Assembly (NCBI GenBank): GCA_003524095.1
Contig: DOEE01000003.1
Location: 532,303 to 596,302 of the forward strand
Direction of reading: 5' to 3'
Length of the DNA: 64,000 bases
Source: Clostridiales bacterium
Lineage (GTDB): Bacteria; Bacillota; Clostridia; Christensenellales; UBA1242
Positions 11,819 through 20,597 of the stretch are shown in pieces. The notes under the pieces are model-generated. The model saw only the letters and a list, made by a program, of their open reading frames with translations. It searched no databases and was not told where the DNA came from. The translations under genes were made by a program, and so were the position numbers. Numbering within the stretch: the first letter of the stretch is position 1; every line of letters begins with the position of its first letter.

Positions 11819-12547
11819 TTATTCTTCAATATTTACATTGTGATAAACTTCTTGAACGTCGTCGTTATCTTCGAGAGCGTCTATCATTTTTTGGAAAGTT
11901 ACAAGTTTGTCTGGTGCAAGTTCAACATAATTTGATGGAATCAAATCAATTGAACTATCTGCAATTGAGATACCTATTCTTTCCAAGTTGGCTTTGGTGC
12001 TTTCAAAAGCTTCGGGTGTAGTATATATTTCAAATACTTCGTCATCGATAGCGATATCATCTGCGCCTGCATCAAGTGCTGTCATCATCATATCATCATC
12101 TGAAATTCCAGTGCCACGTTGAACATAGATAACGCCTTTTTTAGTAAACAAATAAGATACACAGCCATTGCTTCCAAGCGAACCGCCAAACTTGTCGAAT
12201 ACATGTCTAACATCACTAGCTGTACGATTTTTGTTGTCTGTCAAAGCATGAACAATAACCGCACTTCCATTAACACCATAACCTTCGTAAGTCATTGCTT
12301 CGTAGTTGACAGAATTTAGTTCCCCACTAGCCTTTTTGATACTACGATTGATATTGTCGTTTGGCATATTGATAGCTTTTGCTTTTGCGATAATATTTTT
12401 TAACTGTGAATTTGAATTTGGGTCAGCACCGCCAAGCTTAACAGCAACGGCAATTTCTCTGCCGATTTTTGTATACATCTTGGCATTTTGTTGGTCGTTC
12501 TTTTCTTTTATACCTTTAATTTTTGTCCACTTATTGTGTCCTGACAT
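11819..12547 (-). CDS. yebC: YebC/PmpR-family DNA-binding transcriptional regulator
   Basis: Family-typical N-terminus MSGHNKWTKIKGIKEKNDQQ, then NMPNDNINRSIKKA. Confidence 0.92.
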   Translation of the reverse strand: MSGHNKWTKIKGIKEKNDQQNAKMYTKIGREIAVAVKLGGADPNSNSQLKNIIAKAKAINMPNDNINRSIKKASGELNSVNYEAMTYEGYGVNGSAVIVHALTDNKNRTASDVRHVFDKFGGSLGSNGCVSYLFTKKGVIYVQRGTGISDDDMMMTALDAGADDIAIDDEVFEIYTTPEAFESTKANLERIGISIADSSIDLIPSNYVELAPDKLVTFQKMIDALEDNDDVQEVYHNVNIEE

Positions 12548-12559
12548 AAGATTACCTCA

Positions 12560-13291
12560 TTATTTTCTTAGATTAAACATAAATATTGATGCACTAACAC
12601 TAGCATTTAAACTTTCAACTTGATTAAGCATCGGAATGGATACAGTATAATCTGCCAAATTTCTAAGAGTTTCACTTACACCTTTTCCTTCACTTCCGAT
12701 TATAATTGCCAAGTTATCCGACTTGACGTCGAAATTTTCGATGGTTACACCTGACATATTAGCACAAACAAATTTTATGTCTTTTTCATTTTTGATTTTT
12801 TGAATAGTTTCATATGTTACATCAAGCAAATTGACATCAAAAACATAACCCATACTAGACCTAATACTCTTAAAACTATACGGATAAACCGAATTAACAC
12901 TCAAAATTGTGTTAAAGCCAAATGCCCTAGCACTCCTAATAATTGCACCAAAATTACTTGGGTCTTGAATGTTATCTAACACCAAACATCTTGAGTAATC
13001 CCACAATTTAGGCTTAGAAATCTTGCAAATTGCAAAGACTCCATCTGTCGTGCTTGCATCTGACAAATATTTGGCAATACTATTTGAAATAATGTCAATT
13101 GGAATATTCACGTCTTTGAATAAACCTATTTTTTCTTCAACACAAAAAATATGTGTAACCATATTTTTGTCAAGCATTTGTCTTACAATTTTGATAGTTT
13201 CAATCAAACAAACCAAGTCCGTTCTAGATTGTTTTTTATCTTTGATAGAAATTAAATATTTAATTAATTTGTTATCTTTGCTTGTAATCAT
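12560..13291 (-). CDS. TrmH/SpoU-family RNA 2'-O-methyltransferase (YsgA-like)
   Basis: SpoU motifs LDNIQDPSNFGAIIRSA, IIGSEGKGVS and IPMLNQVESLNASVSASI. Downstream of rplT as ysgA is in B. subtilis. Start moved to ATG 13289-13291 because the longer TTG start lies inside the rplT terminator. Confidence 0.85.
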   Translation of the reverse strand: MITSKDNKLIKYLISIKDKKQSRTDLVCLIETIKIVRQMLDKNMVTHIFCVEEKIGLFKDVNIPIDIISNSIAKYLSDASTTDGVFAICKISKPKLWDYSRCLVLDNIQDPSNFGAIIRSARAFGFNTILSVNSVYPYSFKSIRSSMGYVFDVNLLDVTYETIQKIKNEKDIKFVCANMSGVTIENFDVKSDNLAIIIGSEGKGVSETLRNLADYTVSIPMLNQVESLNASVSASIFMFNLRK

Positions 13292-13307
13292 AAAAAACCC
13301 TAATTTT

Positions 13308-13345
13308 AAAAAAGCCAAATCAAGTAGGAAACACTTGATTTAGGC
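13308..13345 (-). terminator. Rho-independent terminator of the infC-rpmI-rplT operon
   Basis: Minus strand GCCTAAATCAAGT-GTTTCCT-ACTTGATTTGGC (one bulged A) followed by TTTTTT. Confidence 0.75.
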
Positions 13346-13355
13346 TAAAATTTAA

Positions 13356-13712
13356 TTATTTTGCAAGCGCTTTTTTAGCTGTAGCAACTAGACTAGAAAA
13401 AGCTTTTTCGTCTGAGATAGCAAGGTCAGACAAAACCTTTCTGTTAAGGTCAATATTAGCAACTTTTAGTCCATGCATAAATTGGCTATAAGACATATCA
13501 TTTTGTCTGCAACCAGCATTGATTCTTGCAATCCAAAGTTGACGGAAATCTCTTTTCTTAAGACGTCTACCTGTATAAGCATATTGACCAGACTTCATAA
13601 CTGCTTGTTTAGCGACTCTATAAAGTTTGCTTCTAGCACCCCAGTAACCTTTGGCACTTCTTAGTACTTTTCTTCTCTTTTTAACTGCATTAACTGCTCT
13701 TTTAATTCTCAT
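13356..13712 (-). CDS. rplT: 50S ribosomal protein L20
   Basis: [38 protein letters not shown]. 118 aa. Confidence 0.98.
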   Translation of the reverse strand: MRIKRAVNAVKKRRKVLRSAKGYWGARSKLYRVAKQAVMKSGQYAYTGRRLKKRDFRQLWIARINAGCRQNDMSYSQFMHGLKVANIDLNRKVLSDLAISDEKAFSSLVATAKKALAK

Positions 13713-13735
13713 AAGTCATTTTCTCCTTTACTAAT

Positions 13736-13930
13736 TTATGCTGAAAGCAACTCTTTGATATTTCTTTCGTTGGCTTTTGCAACATAGCCACCTTTTCTAA
13801 GTCTTCTCTTTCTTGCTGGAGACTTTTTAGTCAAGATGTGTCTTCTGTTCATTTTGTTTCTTTTGATTATTCCAGATTTTTTAAGTTTAAATCTCTTTTT
13901 TGCACCTGTATGTGTTTTTTGCTTAGGCAT
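13736..13930 (-). CDS. rpmI: 50S ribosomal protein L35
   Basis: [20 protein letters not shown]. 64 aa. Confidence 0.97.
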   Translation of the reverse strand: MPKQKTHTGAKKRFKLKKSGIIKRNKMNRRHILTKKSPARKRRLRKGGYVAKANERNIKELLSA

Positions 13931-13950
13931 AATTTTTTCTCCTTGTTTAA

Positions 13951-14463
13951 TTATTTAGTATTTTTTGGCGATAGAACCATAACAATTTGTCTACCATTAA
14001 TTTCTGGTTTGCTAGTAAGTTCACAAACATCAGATAGCATCTCATAGAATTTTTGCATAATAGGCAATCCCATTTGTGGATTGGCAAGTTGTCTGCCAAA
14101 CATTCTAAGTGATACCTTAACTTTGTCGCCATTTGTTAAAAATTTACGAACATTTTTAGCCTTGAATTGCATATCATTGTCAGCGATATTCATACTAAGT
14201 TGCATACCTTTGACTTCGGATACTTTTTGTTTTTTCTTGGCTTCTTTTTCTTTTTTAATTGTGTCAAACTTATGTTTGCCATAATCCATGATTTTGCACA
14301 CTGGTGGAACTGCGTTTGGTGACAAAAGTACCAAGTCAAGTCCTTCTTCATCTGCTTTGGCTCTAGCATCGGACAAAGACATAATTCCAAGTGCTTCGCC
14401 TTGACTTCCAACAAGTCTAACTTGTGGAACTCTAATTTGTTCATTAATGATTAACTCTTTGAT
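13951..14463 (-). CDS. infC: Translation initiation factor IF-3, probable non-AUG (ATC) start
   Basis: The ORF track starts at an internal Met. The frame stays open upstream and encodes (I)[27 protein letters not shown], which aligns with the IF-3 N-terminus (B. subtilis MISKDQLVNEGIRAREVRLIG). ATC 14461-14463 lies 9 nt after a GGGGG RBS. Confidence 0.85.
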   Translation of the reverse strand: MKELIINEQIRVPQVRLVGSQGEALGIMSLSDARAKADEEGLDLVLLSPNAVPPVCKIMDYGKHKFDTIKKEKEAKKKQKVSEVKGMQLSMNIADNDMQFKAKNVRKFLTNGDKVKVSLRMFGRQLANPQMGLPIMQKFYEMLSDVCELTSKPEINGRQIVMVLSPKNTK

Positions 14464-14495
14464 AGTGGTGTACCCCCAAAAATAATTTATAGATT

Positions 14496-14607
14496 AAAAA
14501 AAGTGAGTAATTAAATTACCCACTCCTCACAATAAATAAAATTTATTATATTTACCACATCAAAACAAAATTCGATGGGTGAGAAGTGGTCTTCTTCTTT
14601 AAACTAC
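14496..14607 (-). promoter_or_regulatory. infC-rpmI-rplT leader with an attenuator hairpin (L20-leader-like)
   Basis: ~110-nt leader between the promoter and the RBS. It ends in hairpin GAGTGGGTAATT-T-AATTACTCAC followed by TTTTTTT (14496-14530). Position and architecture match the Firmicute L20 leader. Confidence 0.5.
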
Positions 14608-14613
14608 ACGACT

Positions 14614-14642
14614 ATTATATCCACTTAACACCCATTTGTCAA
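14614..14642 (-). promoter_or_regulatory. Consensus sigma-A promoter of the infC operon
   Basis: TTGACA (14637-14642), 17-nt spacer, TATAAT (14614-14619) on the minus strand. Confidence 0.8.
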
Positions 14643-14681
14643 TGGTTTTTAACAAAAATATTTGAAAAATCTTAGGCTTTT

Positions 14682-15881
14682 TTATTGTTCAATCATCCAA
14701 TCAATGTATATGCCAAAACCCTTGGTGGCATCATTTACAAATACATGAGTAACCGCACCAATTAATTTTCCGTCTTGAATTATTGGACTTCCACTCATAC
14801 CTTGAACTATTCCGCCAGTTTTAGCAATTAGTTCTTTGTCTACAACTCTAATAACCATGCTTTTTTCATTGCATGATTGTTGAAAATTTGTTTTGATAAT
14901 CTCAATGTCATAAGCCTTAATTTCATCACCGTCAAGAGCCGACAAGATTTGAGCTTTGCCGGGTTTTGCCGAAAGTCTTCCGCCAATATCAACCGATGTC
15001 TTATTTTTTGTAACAGACTCCACACAATCAACAAAGCCATAAACCCCATAATCACAATTTTTGTCTACCGACCCTAATACATTTTCTCGATTAAACGTTC
15101 CAATTAATTCGCCAGCCTTTCCACTATTTCCCTTTTTAATTCCTAGAATTTTGCTAGTATAAATATTTCCACCACTAACTTCAATACATTCATTTGTTTC
15201 ACTGTCATTTATTGAGTGACCAAGAGAACCAAATCTTTTGGTAGTTGCATTGACAAAAGATAATGTACCTATCCCAACTGCATCTTCTTTGACCCAGAGA
15301 CCAAGTTTATAGGTGTTGGACATTGAATCTAGTGCTGGACAAATATCTACTTCAAAAATATTTCCACTTCTATTAACAGTTAGTCTTATACTACCACCTT
15401 CAAAGTTTTCAAGAATTTTTGAAATGTCTTGTGAATTATTTATCTCAATTCCGTTAATTTTTGTAATTATATCTCCCGTCTTTAGTCCACTATTTTCAAA
15501 AGGTCTCTCTATCCCATTTTTGGACAAAATATAATTGCCACCAATCAAAATTACCCCTTTGGATTGTAGCGAAAATCCCAAAGTTTCGCCACCAGCAAAA
15601 TATCTATCAGGGTCAAGTACATTAACTTTAAGCCTTTTTATATTAAACAAATTGAATAATTTGTAATTTATTATATATTTATCAAAGTCGCTGTCGTCCC
15701 TTGCGGATACACTCACAATTTGTGAAGACAACAAAAAATCACTATTTAATAATTCTTTTAGTTCTTCGTGAGTGACAAACATCTCATCACTCAGTTCAAG
15801 CATTTTGTTATATGGAAAAAAAATTGACACAATGACAAAGAAAAATATAAGTATTATGGGTACAACTTTCTTTCTGTTCAT
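14682..15881 (-). CDS. spoIVB: SpoIVB peptidase (S55), sporulation signalling protease
   Basis: N-terminal TM helix, PDZ segment (GLKTGDIITKINGIEI), and S55 motifs GIGTLSF, GSLGH and QGMSGSPI. recN-spoIVB synteny. Confidence 0.92.
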   Translation of the reverse strand: MNRKKVVPIILIFFFVIVSIFFPYNKMLELSDEMFVTHEELKELLNSDFLLSSQIVSVSARDDSDFDKYIINYKLFNLFNIKRLKVNVLDPDRYFAGGETLGFSLQSKGVILIGGNYILSKNGIERPFENSGLKTGDIITKINGIEINNSQDISKILENFEGGSIRLTVNRSGNIFEVDICPALDSMSNTYKLGLWVKEDAVGIGTLSFVNATTKRFGSLGHSINDSETNECIEVSGGNIYTSKILGIKKGNSGKAGELIGTFNRENVLGSVDKNCDYGVYGFVDCVESVTKNKTSVDIGGRLSAKPGKAQILSALDGDEIKAYDIEIIKTNFQQSCNEKSMVIRVVDKELIAKTGGIVQGMSGSPIIQDGKLIGAVTHVFVNDATKGFGIYIDWMIEQ

Positions 15882-15911
15882 ACAAAAAATACTCCTAAAT
15901 ATACTTAGAAG

Positions 15912-15940
15912 TATTTTGTATAAAAAACTTAAATTTATGC
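15912..15940 (-). promoter_or_regulatory. Candidate forespore (sigma-F/G type) promoter for spoIVB
   Basis: Minus strand GCATA (15936-15940), 17-nt spacer, CAAAATA (15912-15918). Compare sigma-G consensus GHATR-N17/18-CATXHTA. It lies ~30 nt upstream of the start. Confidence 0.35.
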
Positions 15941-15974
15941 CATTTTTTATTTGGTAAAACTTGGTTTTGAGATA

Positions 15975-17675
15975 TTAAACACGAGATTTAAAAACTTTGG
16001 ATGCATCAAGCATATCCATAGCCAATTTTTGAGAACTCTCACTCTGAGAACTTCCAAGCATTCTTGCAATTTCCTTGACTTTTTGATTTTCATTCAAAAG
16101 AGAAACTGTTGTTATTGTCTTTCCGTCTTCATCAAATTTTTCTATTTTAAAGTTGGAGTCGCCAAAACAAGCAATCTGTGCCAAGTGTGTTATACAAATG
16201 ACTTGAGAATTCCTAGAAATCTCACAAATTTTTTCGCCAATTGCATATCCAATTTCGCCACCAATTCCTGAATCAATTTCGTCAAAAATGCAAGTTTTGT
16301 TTGTTTTTGAATTAGCAAGCGATTTCATCGCAAGCATAAATCTACTCATCTCACCGCCAGAAATAATCCTACTAAGCGGTCGTGGTTCAAAGCCCAAATT
16401 GGCACTAAACAAAAATTCAATCTTATCCGCACCGTCAAGATTTACAATCTTTTCAATATTGTCTTTTGAAATTTCGTTTTGAAAAACAACATCAACCTTT
16501 GCATTTTTCATGCCAAGTTTAAATAACTCTTGTTCCATAGCACTCTTAAACCAAACAATTTCAGTAGTTCTAATTTGTCTTAGTTTTAGACAAATACTAA
16601 TAATTTCATCTAGTATGTGAGATTTGTTAAGAGTTAATCTTTGAAGCTCCTGCTCAGAATTGACAAGAATATTTAGCCTATCTTCAAAATCATTTTTTGA
16701 TTTAAGCACGTCTTCAATTGTATTTCCATACTTACGCTCTAAGTCTTTGATAAAAGTTAGTCTATCATTTAGTTCGTCTAATTCTCTTTCGTCATAGTGA
16801 ATTTCATTTTGCTTTTGAGACAATGTTGAAACAATGTCTTCAAGTTCATATTTACATGAGTACAATCTATCTTTTTCGTTTGAAATACTCTCATCAAACT
16901 GCATGATACTACTAAGATAATTTATTGCAGTTTTGATTGCATTTGAAAGTGAATATTCTCCATCAAGAACATTAATTGAATCATTAATTGATGAATAAAT
17001 CTTTTCGCTATTCTCCATAATTTTAATTTTAGCTTTGCATTCATCTTCTTCATTAATCTTAAGATTTGCATCTTCAATTTCCTTGATTTGAAACTCAAGC
17101 AACTTTATATTATTTTCTCTATCCTTGTCAATTCCGCCAAGATAGGATATTTGTTTGTTAATATTATCTAGTTCTTCAAGTTTAGACCTTAACAATTCTT
17201 TGTTAGTATTTAGTTTGTCACTAATTAGGTCATCAATAATTTTTAGGTGATTTTGAGGGTCAAGTAGCGCCATGCTATCATTCTGACCAAAAATATCTAT
17301 AATTTCATTTGTGATTTTTCTAAGAATATTAAGTGTTACGATTTCACCATTAATACGACATTCATTCTTTCCACTGAGTGAAAAATATCTTGAAACAAGA
17401 AGCGTTCCTTCATTTTCCAGTCCCACAGAACTCAAGATTTCGTTAATTTGTGAATTATTCAAATCGACAGCAAAAACGCCTTCGACACGTGCAAAATCTT
17501 CGCCACTCTTGATAAGTGTCTTGTCAGCACGATTGCCATTTAAAAAAAGCAATGCATCAACAATCAGTGATTTGCCCGCACCAGTTTCACCTGTTAGCAC
17601 ATTAAATCCCGTACCAAAGTCCACTTGAGATTTGGTTATGAGTGCTAGATTTGTAATCTTGATAGTTTCTAACAT
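15975..17675 (-). CDS. recN: DNA repair protein RecN
   Basis: Walker A GETGAGKS, long coiled coil, SGGE signature (IISGGEMSR), and FDEIDSGIGG. Confidence 0.96.
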   Translation of the reverse strand: MLETIKITNLALITKSQVDFGTGFNVLTGETGAGKSLIVDALLFLNGNRADKTLIKSGEDFARVEGVFAVDLNNSQINEILSSVGLENEGTLLVSRYFSLSGKNECRINGEIVTLNILRKITNEIIDIFGQNDSMALLDPQNHLKIIDDLISDKLNTNKELLRSKLEELDNINKQISYLGGIDKDRENNIKLLEFQIKEIEDANLKINEEDECKAKIKIMENSEKIYSSINDSINVLDGEYSLSNAIKTAINYLSSIMQFDESISNEKDRLYSCKYELEDIVSTLSQKQNEIHYDERELDELNDRLTFIKDLERKYGNTIEDVLKSKNDFEDRLNILVNSEQELQRLTLNKSHILDEIISICLKLRQIRTTEIVWFKSAMEQELFKLGMKNAKVDVVFQNEISKDNIEKIVNLDGADKIEFLFSANLGFEPRPLSRIISGGEMSRFMLAMKSLANSKTNKTCIFDEIDSGIGGEIGYAIGEKICEISRNSQVICITHLAQIACFGDSNFKIEKFDEDGKTITTVSLLNENQKVKEIARMLGSSQSESSQKLAMDMLDASKVFKSRV

Positions 17676-17758
17676 AATAATCCTTAAAAAAATAATGTAA
17701 GTTTGAAAATAAAATTATAAATTCAGAAAATTTCTATATAAACATTTTAAACTAAGTC

Positions 17759-17787
17759 AAAAAAAAATACAATTAAAAAATTGTATT
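17759..17787 (-). terminator. Rho-independent terminator after argR (bidirectional shape)
   Basis: 9-bp stem AATACAATT/AATTGTATT with a 4-nt loop, flanked by A/T runs of 7 or more. Confidence 0.7.
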
Positions 17788-17802
17788 TTTTTTACAAACA
17801 AA

Positions 17803-18255
17803 CTAATTAAGTAACGAATTCAATTTGTCTCTCACAAAGTACGCATCTTCTTGGTCAGAAGTGATAACCATGACTGTATCATCCCCATAAGTACAGCCCA
17901 TTATTTGTGACATAGATAATTGGTCTATTAGATTGCTTACCATACCCGCAGTGCCTTTGATAACTTTAACGATTGTCAAATTCATAGCAGATTTAACTGA
18001 GATGACGCACTCTTTGAAAATGTTTAGGCACTTGTTTGAAAGTGCTTGAGCAGAAGAACTAACAACAGCGTATTTGTACTTCTTGCTATCAGTCAAAATT
18101 TTAATAAGTCCCAACTCCTTAATATCTCTACTGATAGTCGCTTGTGTAACATCAAAGTTTGCATCTTTTAGTGAAGATACTAGTTCTTCCTGTGTTTCAA
18201 TTTCATTTGTAGAAATAAGTTCTAGTATCTTTGATTGCCTTGAATTACGAGCCAT
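17803..18255 (-). CDS. argR: Arginine repressor ArgR/AhrC
   Basis: RQSKILELI...QATISRDIKELGL winged-helix and C-terminal GCTYGDDTVMVI. Start moved to ATG 18253-18255 behind a GAGGTGG RBS; the track's GTG start is part of that RBS. Confidence 0.92.
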   Translation of the reverse strand: MARNSRQSKILELISTNEIETQEELVSSLKDANFDVTQATISRDIKELGLIKILTDSKKYKYAVVSSSAQALSNKCLNIFKECVISVKSAMNLTIVKVIKGTAGMVSNLIDQLSMSQIMGCTYGDDTVMVITSDQEDAYFVRDKLNSLLN

Positions 18256-18287
18256 TTTATCCACCTCAAAATGTAATTAATTTGTTT

Positions 18288-18319
18288 GAAGTACATTGCA
18301 TCCACCTTGCAATGTCTTC
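18288..18319 (-). promoter_or_regulatory. Strong hairpin/palindrome in the argR 5' UTR
   Basis: GAAGTACATTGCA-N7-TGCAATGT-CTTC (12 bp with one bulge), 30-65 nt upstream of the argR start codon. Confidence 0.6.
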
Positions 18320-18344
18320 TATCACTTTTCCTGTGATTGAAATA

Positions 18345-18373
18345 ATTATACAACAACTTTCATCTTTATGCAA
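18345..18373 (-). promoter_or_regulatory. Sigma-A promoter of argR
   Basis: Minus strand TTGCAT (18368-18373), 17-nt spacer, TATAAT (18345-18350). Confidence 0.65.
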
Positions 18374-18379
18374 GGGGTT

Positions 18380-18459
18380 TTTGAATATTTATTCATTTTT
18401 TTATTTATAAAAATTCATAATAATGCATGACAAATTTTCAAAATGTATATTTATGCACT
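18380..18459. promoter_or_regulatory. Cluster of three ARG-box-like operators upstream of the argR promoter
   Basis: 18380-18397 TTTGAATATTTATTCATT matches TNTGAATWWWWATTCANW at 18/18. 18402-18419 TATTTATAAAAATTCATA has 2 mismatches. 18442-18459 AATGTATATTTATGCACT has 3 mismatches. Confidence 0.65.
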
Positions 18460-18651
18460 TTTTTGCATACTCCCCTATTTTAGCCATTTTTTGATACTTT
18501 TTTGGAAAAAATCAACTCAAAACATAGGTTTTATTCACAAAAAATGTATAAATATAAGTAAAAAATTGTGATTTTATTTTTTTATGACCAAAAATTAAAT
18601 TTGACAAAAATCATTTTATGCAATGTACTTCGCATAAAAAATTTTATTATG

Positions 18652-18687
18652 CAAAAAAAATAATCACCAAAACATTTTTGATGATTA
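18652..18687 (-). terminator. Rho-independent terminator after proS
   Basis: Minus strand TAATCATCAAAA-ATG-TTTTGGTGATTA (12 bp, one G-U) followed by a run of 9 T. Confidence 0.8.
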
Positions 18688-18698
18688 TTTGATTTAAA

Positions 18699-20378
18699 TT
18701 ATTTATTAAGATACATATTCAAAAATTCTTTTGCATCAACATCAACTCTAGTTAAATCACGCCTTTTGATAAATTCAATTTTGTTATCAACTGCTCCACG
18801 ACCAACTATAACAATATAAGGGACACCTATGAGTTCGGCATCGTTGAGTTTAACTCCAAACGACTCTGCCCTATCATCAAGCAAGATATTGTCGTCAGCC
18901 ACATTAATTGCATTATAAAGTTCGTTTGCTAGTTTAACTTGTGTTTCATCTTTGGTATTAGCTATTACAATTTCTAATTTGTATGGTGCAACAATCTCAG
19001 GCCAAATAATTCCTTTGTCGTCACAATTTTGCTCAACTAAGGCACTAAGTGTTCTACTTACTCCAATTCCATAACAGCCCATAATCATATATTGAGACTT
19101 GCCTTGTTCATCAAGGAACTTGCATTCAAGTTCTTTGGTGTATTTAGTTCCTAGTTTGAATATATGCCCAACTTCAATTCCCCTAACAATTTTTACAGGA
19201 TTTCCGCAATGTGGACATTTGTCTCCTGCCATCATCTTTTTGATATCAGCAAAGTAATCTATAGTTAAATCTTCCAAATTAGCATTTATATAATGATAAT
19301 CTTGAAGATTAGCACCTATTACAAAGTTAACCATATTCTTAACATCGTTGTCAGCAATAACTATAGCATTTTTAAGGTCAATAGCCCCAACAAATCCCGC
19401 ATACGAACCAATAGATATTATTTGTTCTGGAGTTGCCATTTCCATATTAACAACACCAAGATTGTTTTTTAGTTTGACTTCCTCAATTTCTCTATCGCCC
19501 CTGCACAATGCAACAACAACACCTTTGTCGGTCGAATAAACAACCGCTTTGACAAAATTCTTGTTGTCAGTATGCAAAAACTCCGTTAACTCATCAATTG
19601 TCTTAACATGTGGAGTATACACCATCTCACGAGATAGTTTTGTAATATTTGAATTATCTATACTATCTGCTACACATTCTGCTTTTTCAACATTAGCGCC
19701 ATAACCACAATCACAAACGATTAATTCGTCTTCACCAATATCCGCTTTAACCATAAATTCAGTAGAACCCGAACCACCCATAACACCATTATCCGCTTCA
19801 ACCGGAACAAAGTCTAGTCCAAGCCTTGAGAAAATGTTTATGTATGCTTGTTTCATTTTTCCAAAGGACAAATTTAAACCTTCTTCGCTTGTATCAAAGG
19901 AGTAAGCGTCCTTCATGATAAATTCTTTGGCTCTCTGAAGTCCAAATCTAGCACGAATTTCATCACGATACTTATTTTGTATTTGATATAGTGTTACTGG
20001 CAATTGTTTGTAACTATTATAGGTTTCTTTGACAAGATAAGTAAAAGGTTCTTCGTGAGTTGGACCCAAACAATAATCTTTGCCTGTACTGTCTTTGAGT
20101 TTGTACATAGTATTTCCAAAGTAATCAAGTCTGTGGGCATAAATTTCTTGTGGAAGCAAAATTGGCATTTGAAGTTCAATTGCTCCCGCACTATTCATTT
20201 CTTCTCTAATTACTTTTTTGATATTTTCAAGCACCTTGAGTCCTAGTGGCAAATAAGTAAATATCCCGTTCCCCATTTGCTTGATATATCCAGCCCTAAC
20301 TAGCAACTTATGGCTGTTAATTTCTGCATTGGCTGGGTCTTCTCTAAATGTTTTGAAAAACATTTCTGTTAATTTCAT
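18699..20378 (-). CDS. proS: Prolyl-tRNA synthetase (bacterial type with INS editing domain)
   Basis: 559 aa class II aaRS: QIQNKYRDEIRARFGLQRAKEFIMKDAYSF, GCYGIGVSR, and a C-terminal anticodon-binding domain. Confidence 0.95.
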   Translation of the reverse strand: MKLTEMFFKTFREDPANAEINSHKLLVRAGYIKQMGNGIFTYLPLGLKVLENIKKVIREEMNSAGAIELQMPILLPQEIYAHRLDYFGNTMYKLKDSTGKDYCLGPTHEEPFTYLVKETYNSYKQLPVTLYQIQNKYRDEIRARFGLQRAKEFIMKDAYSFDTSEEGLNLSFGKMKQAYINIFSRLGLDFVPVEADNGVMGGSGSTEFMVKADIGEDELIVCDCGYGANVEKAECVADSIDNSNITKLSREMVYTPHVKTIDELTEFLHTDNKNFVKAVVYSTDKGVVVALCRGDREIEEVKLKNNLGVVNMEMATPEQIISIGSYAGFVGAIDLKNAIVIADNDVKNMVNFVIGANLQDYHYINANLEDLTIDYFADIKKMMAGDKCPHCGNPVKIVRGIEVGHIFKLGTKYTKELECKFLDEQGKSQYMIMGCYGIGVSRTLSALVEQNCDDKGIIWPEIVAPYKLEIVIANTKDETQVKLANELYNAINVADDNILLDDRAESFGVKLNDAELIGVPYIVIVGRGAVDNKIEFIKRRDLTRVDVDAKEFLNMYLNK

Positions 20379-20386
20379 ATTTTCTC

Positions 20387-20593
20387 CTAATCTAATAAAT
20401 CTTCTTTGAATTTGTCTAAATCTTGTTTAATAACTGTCACTTTGCCCTTGATATTACTTAATTCAGAATAACATTCTTTGGCAATAGTTACACCTTGCTC
20501 ATAAAGTTTTAATCCGTCACTTAGTGGCAAGTTTTCATCTTCCATTTTGTTGCAAATACTCTGCAATTCATTAATTTTCTTTTCAAAATCCAT
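20387..20593 (-). CDS. xseB: Exodeoxyribonuclease VII small subunit
   Basis: MDFEKKINELQSICNKMEDENLPLSDGLKLYEQG. Start moved to ATG 20591-20593 behind an AAAGGA RBS, 4 nt after the xseA stop. Confidence 0.9.
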   Translation of the reverse strand: MDFEKKINELQSICNKMEDENLPLSDGLKLYEQGVTIAKECYSELSNIKGKVTVIKQDLDKFKEDLLD

Positions 20594-20597
20594 ATAA

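Noticed and set aside
18265-18330. A possible upstream ORF in the argR leader (ATG in the hairpin loop after AAGGTGG, ~24 codons overlapping the argR start), and a 28-codon ORF at about 18395-18480.
   Set aside because: The SD-like element is part of the hairpin/palindrome. There is no conservation evidence available, and the second ORF lacks any RBS. This is too speculative to call.
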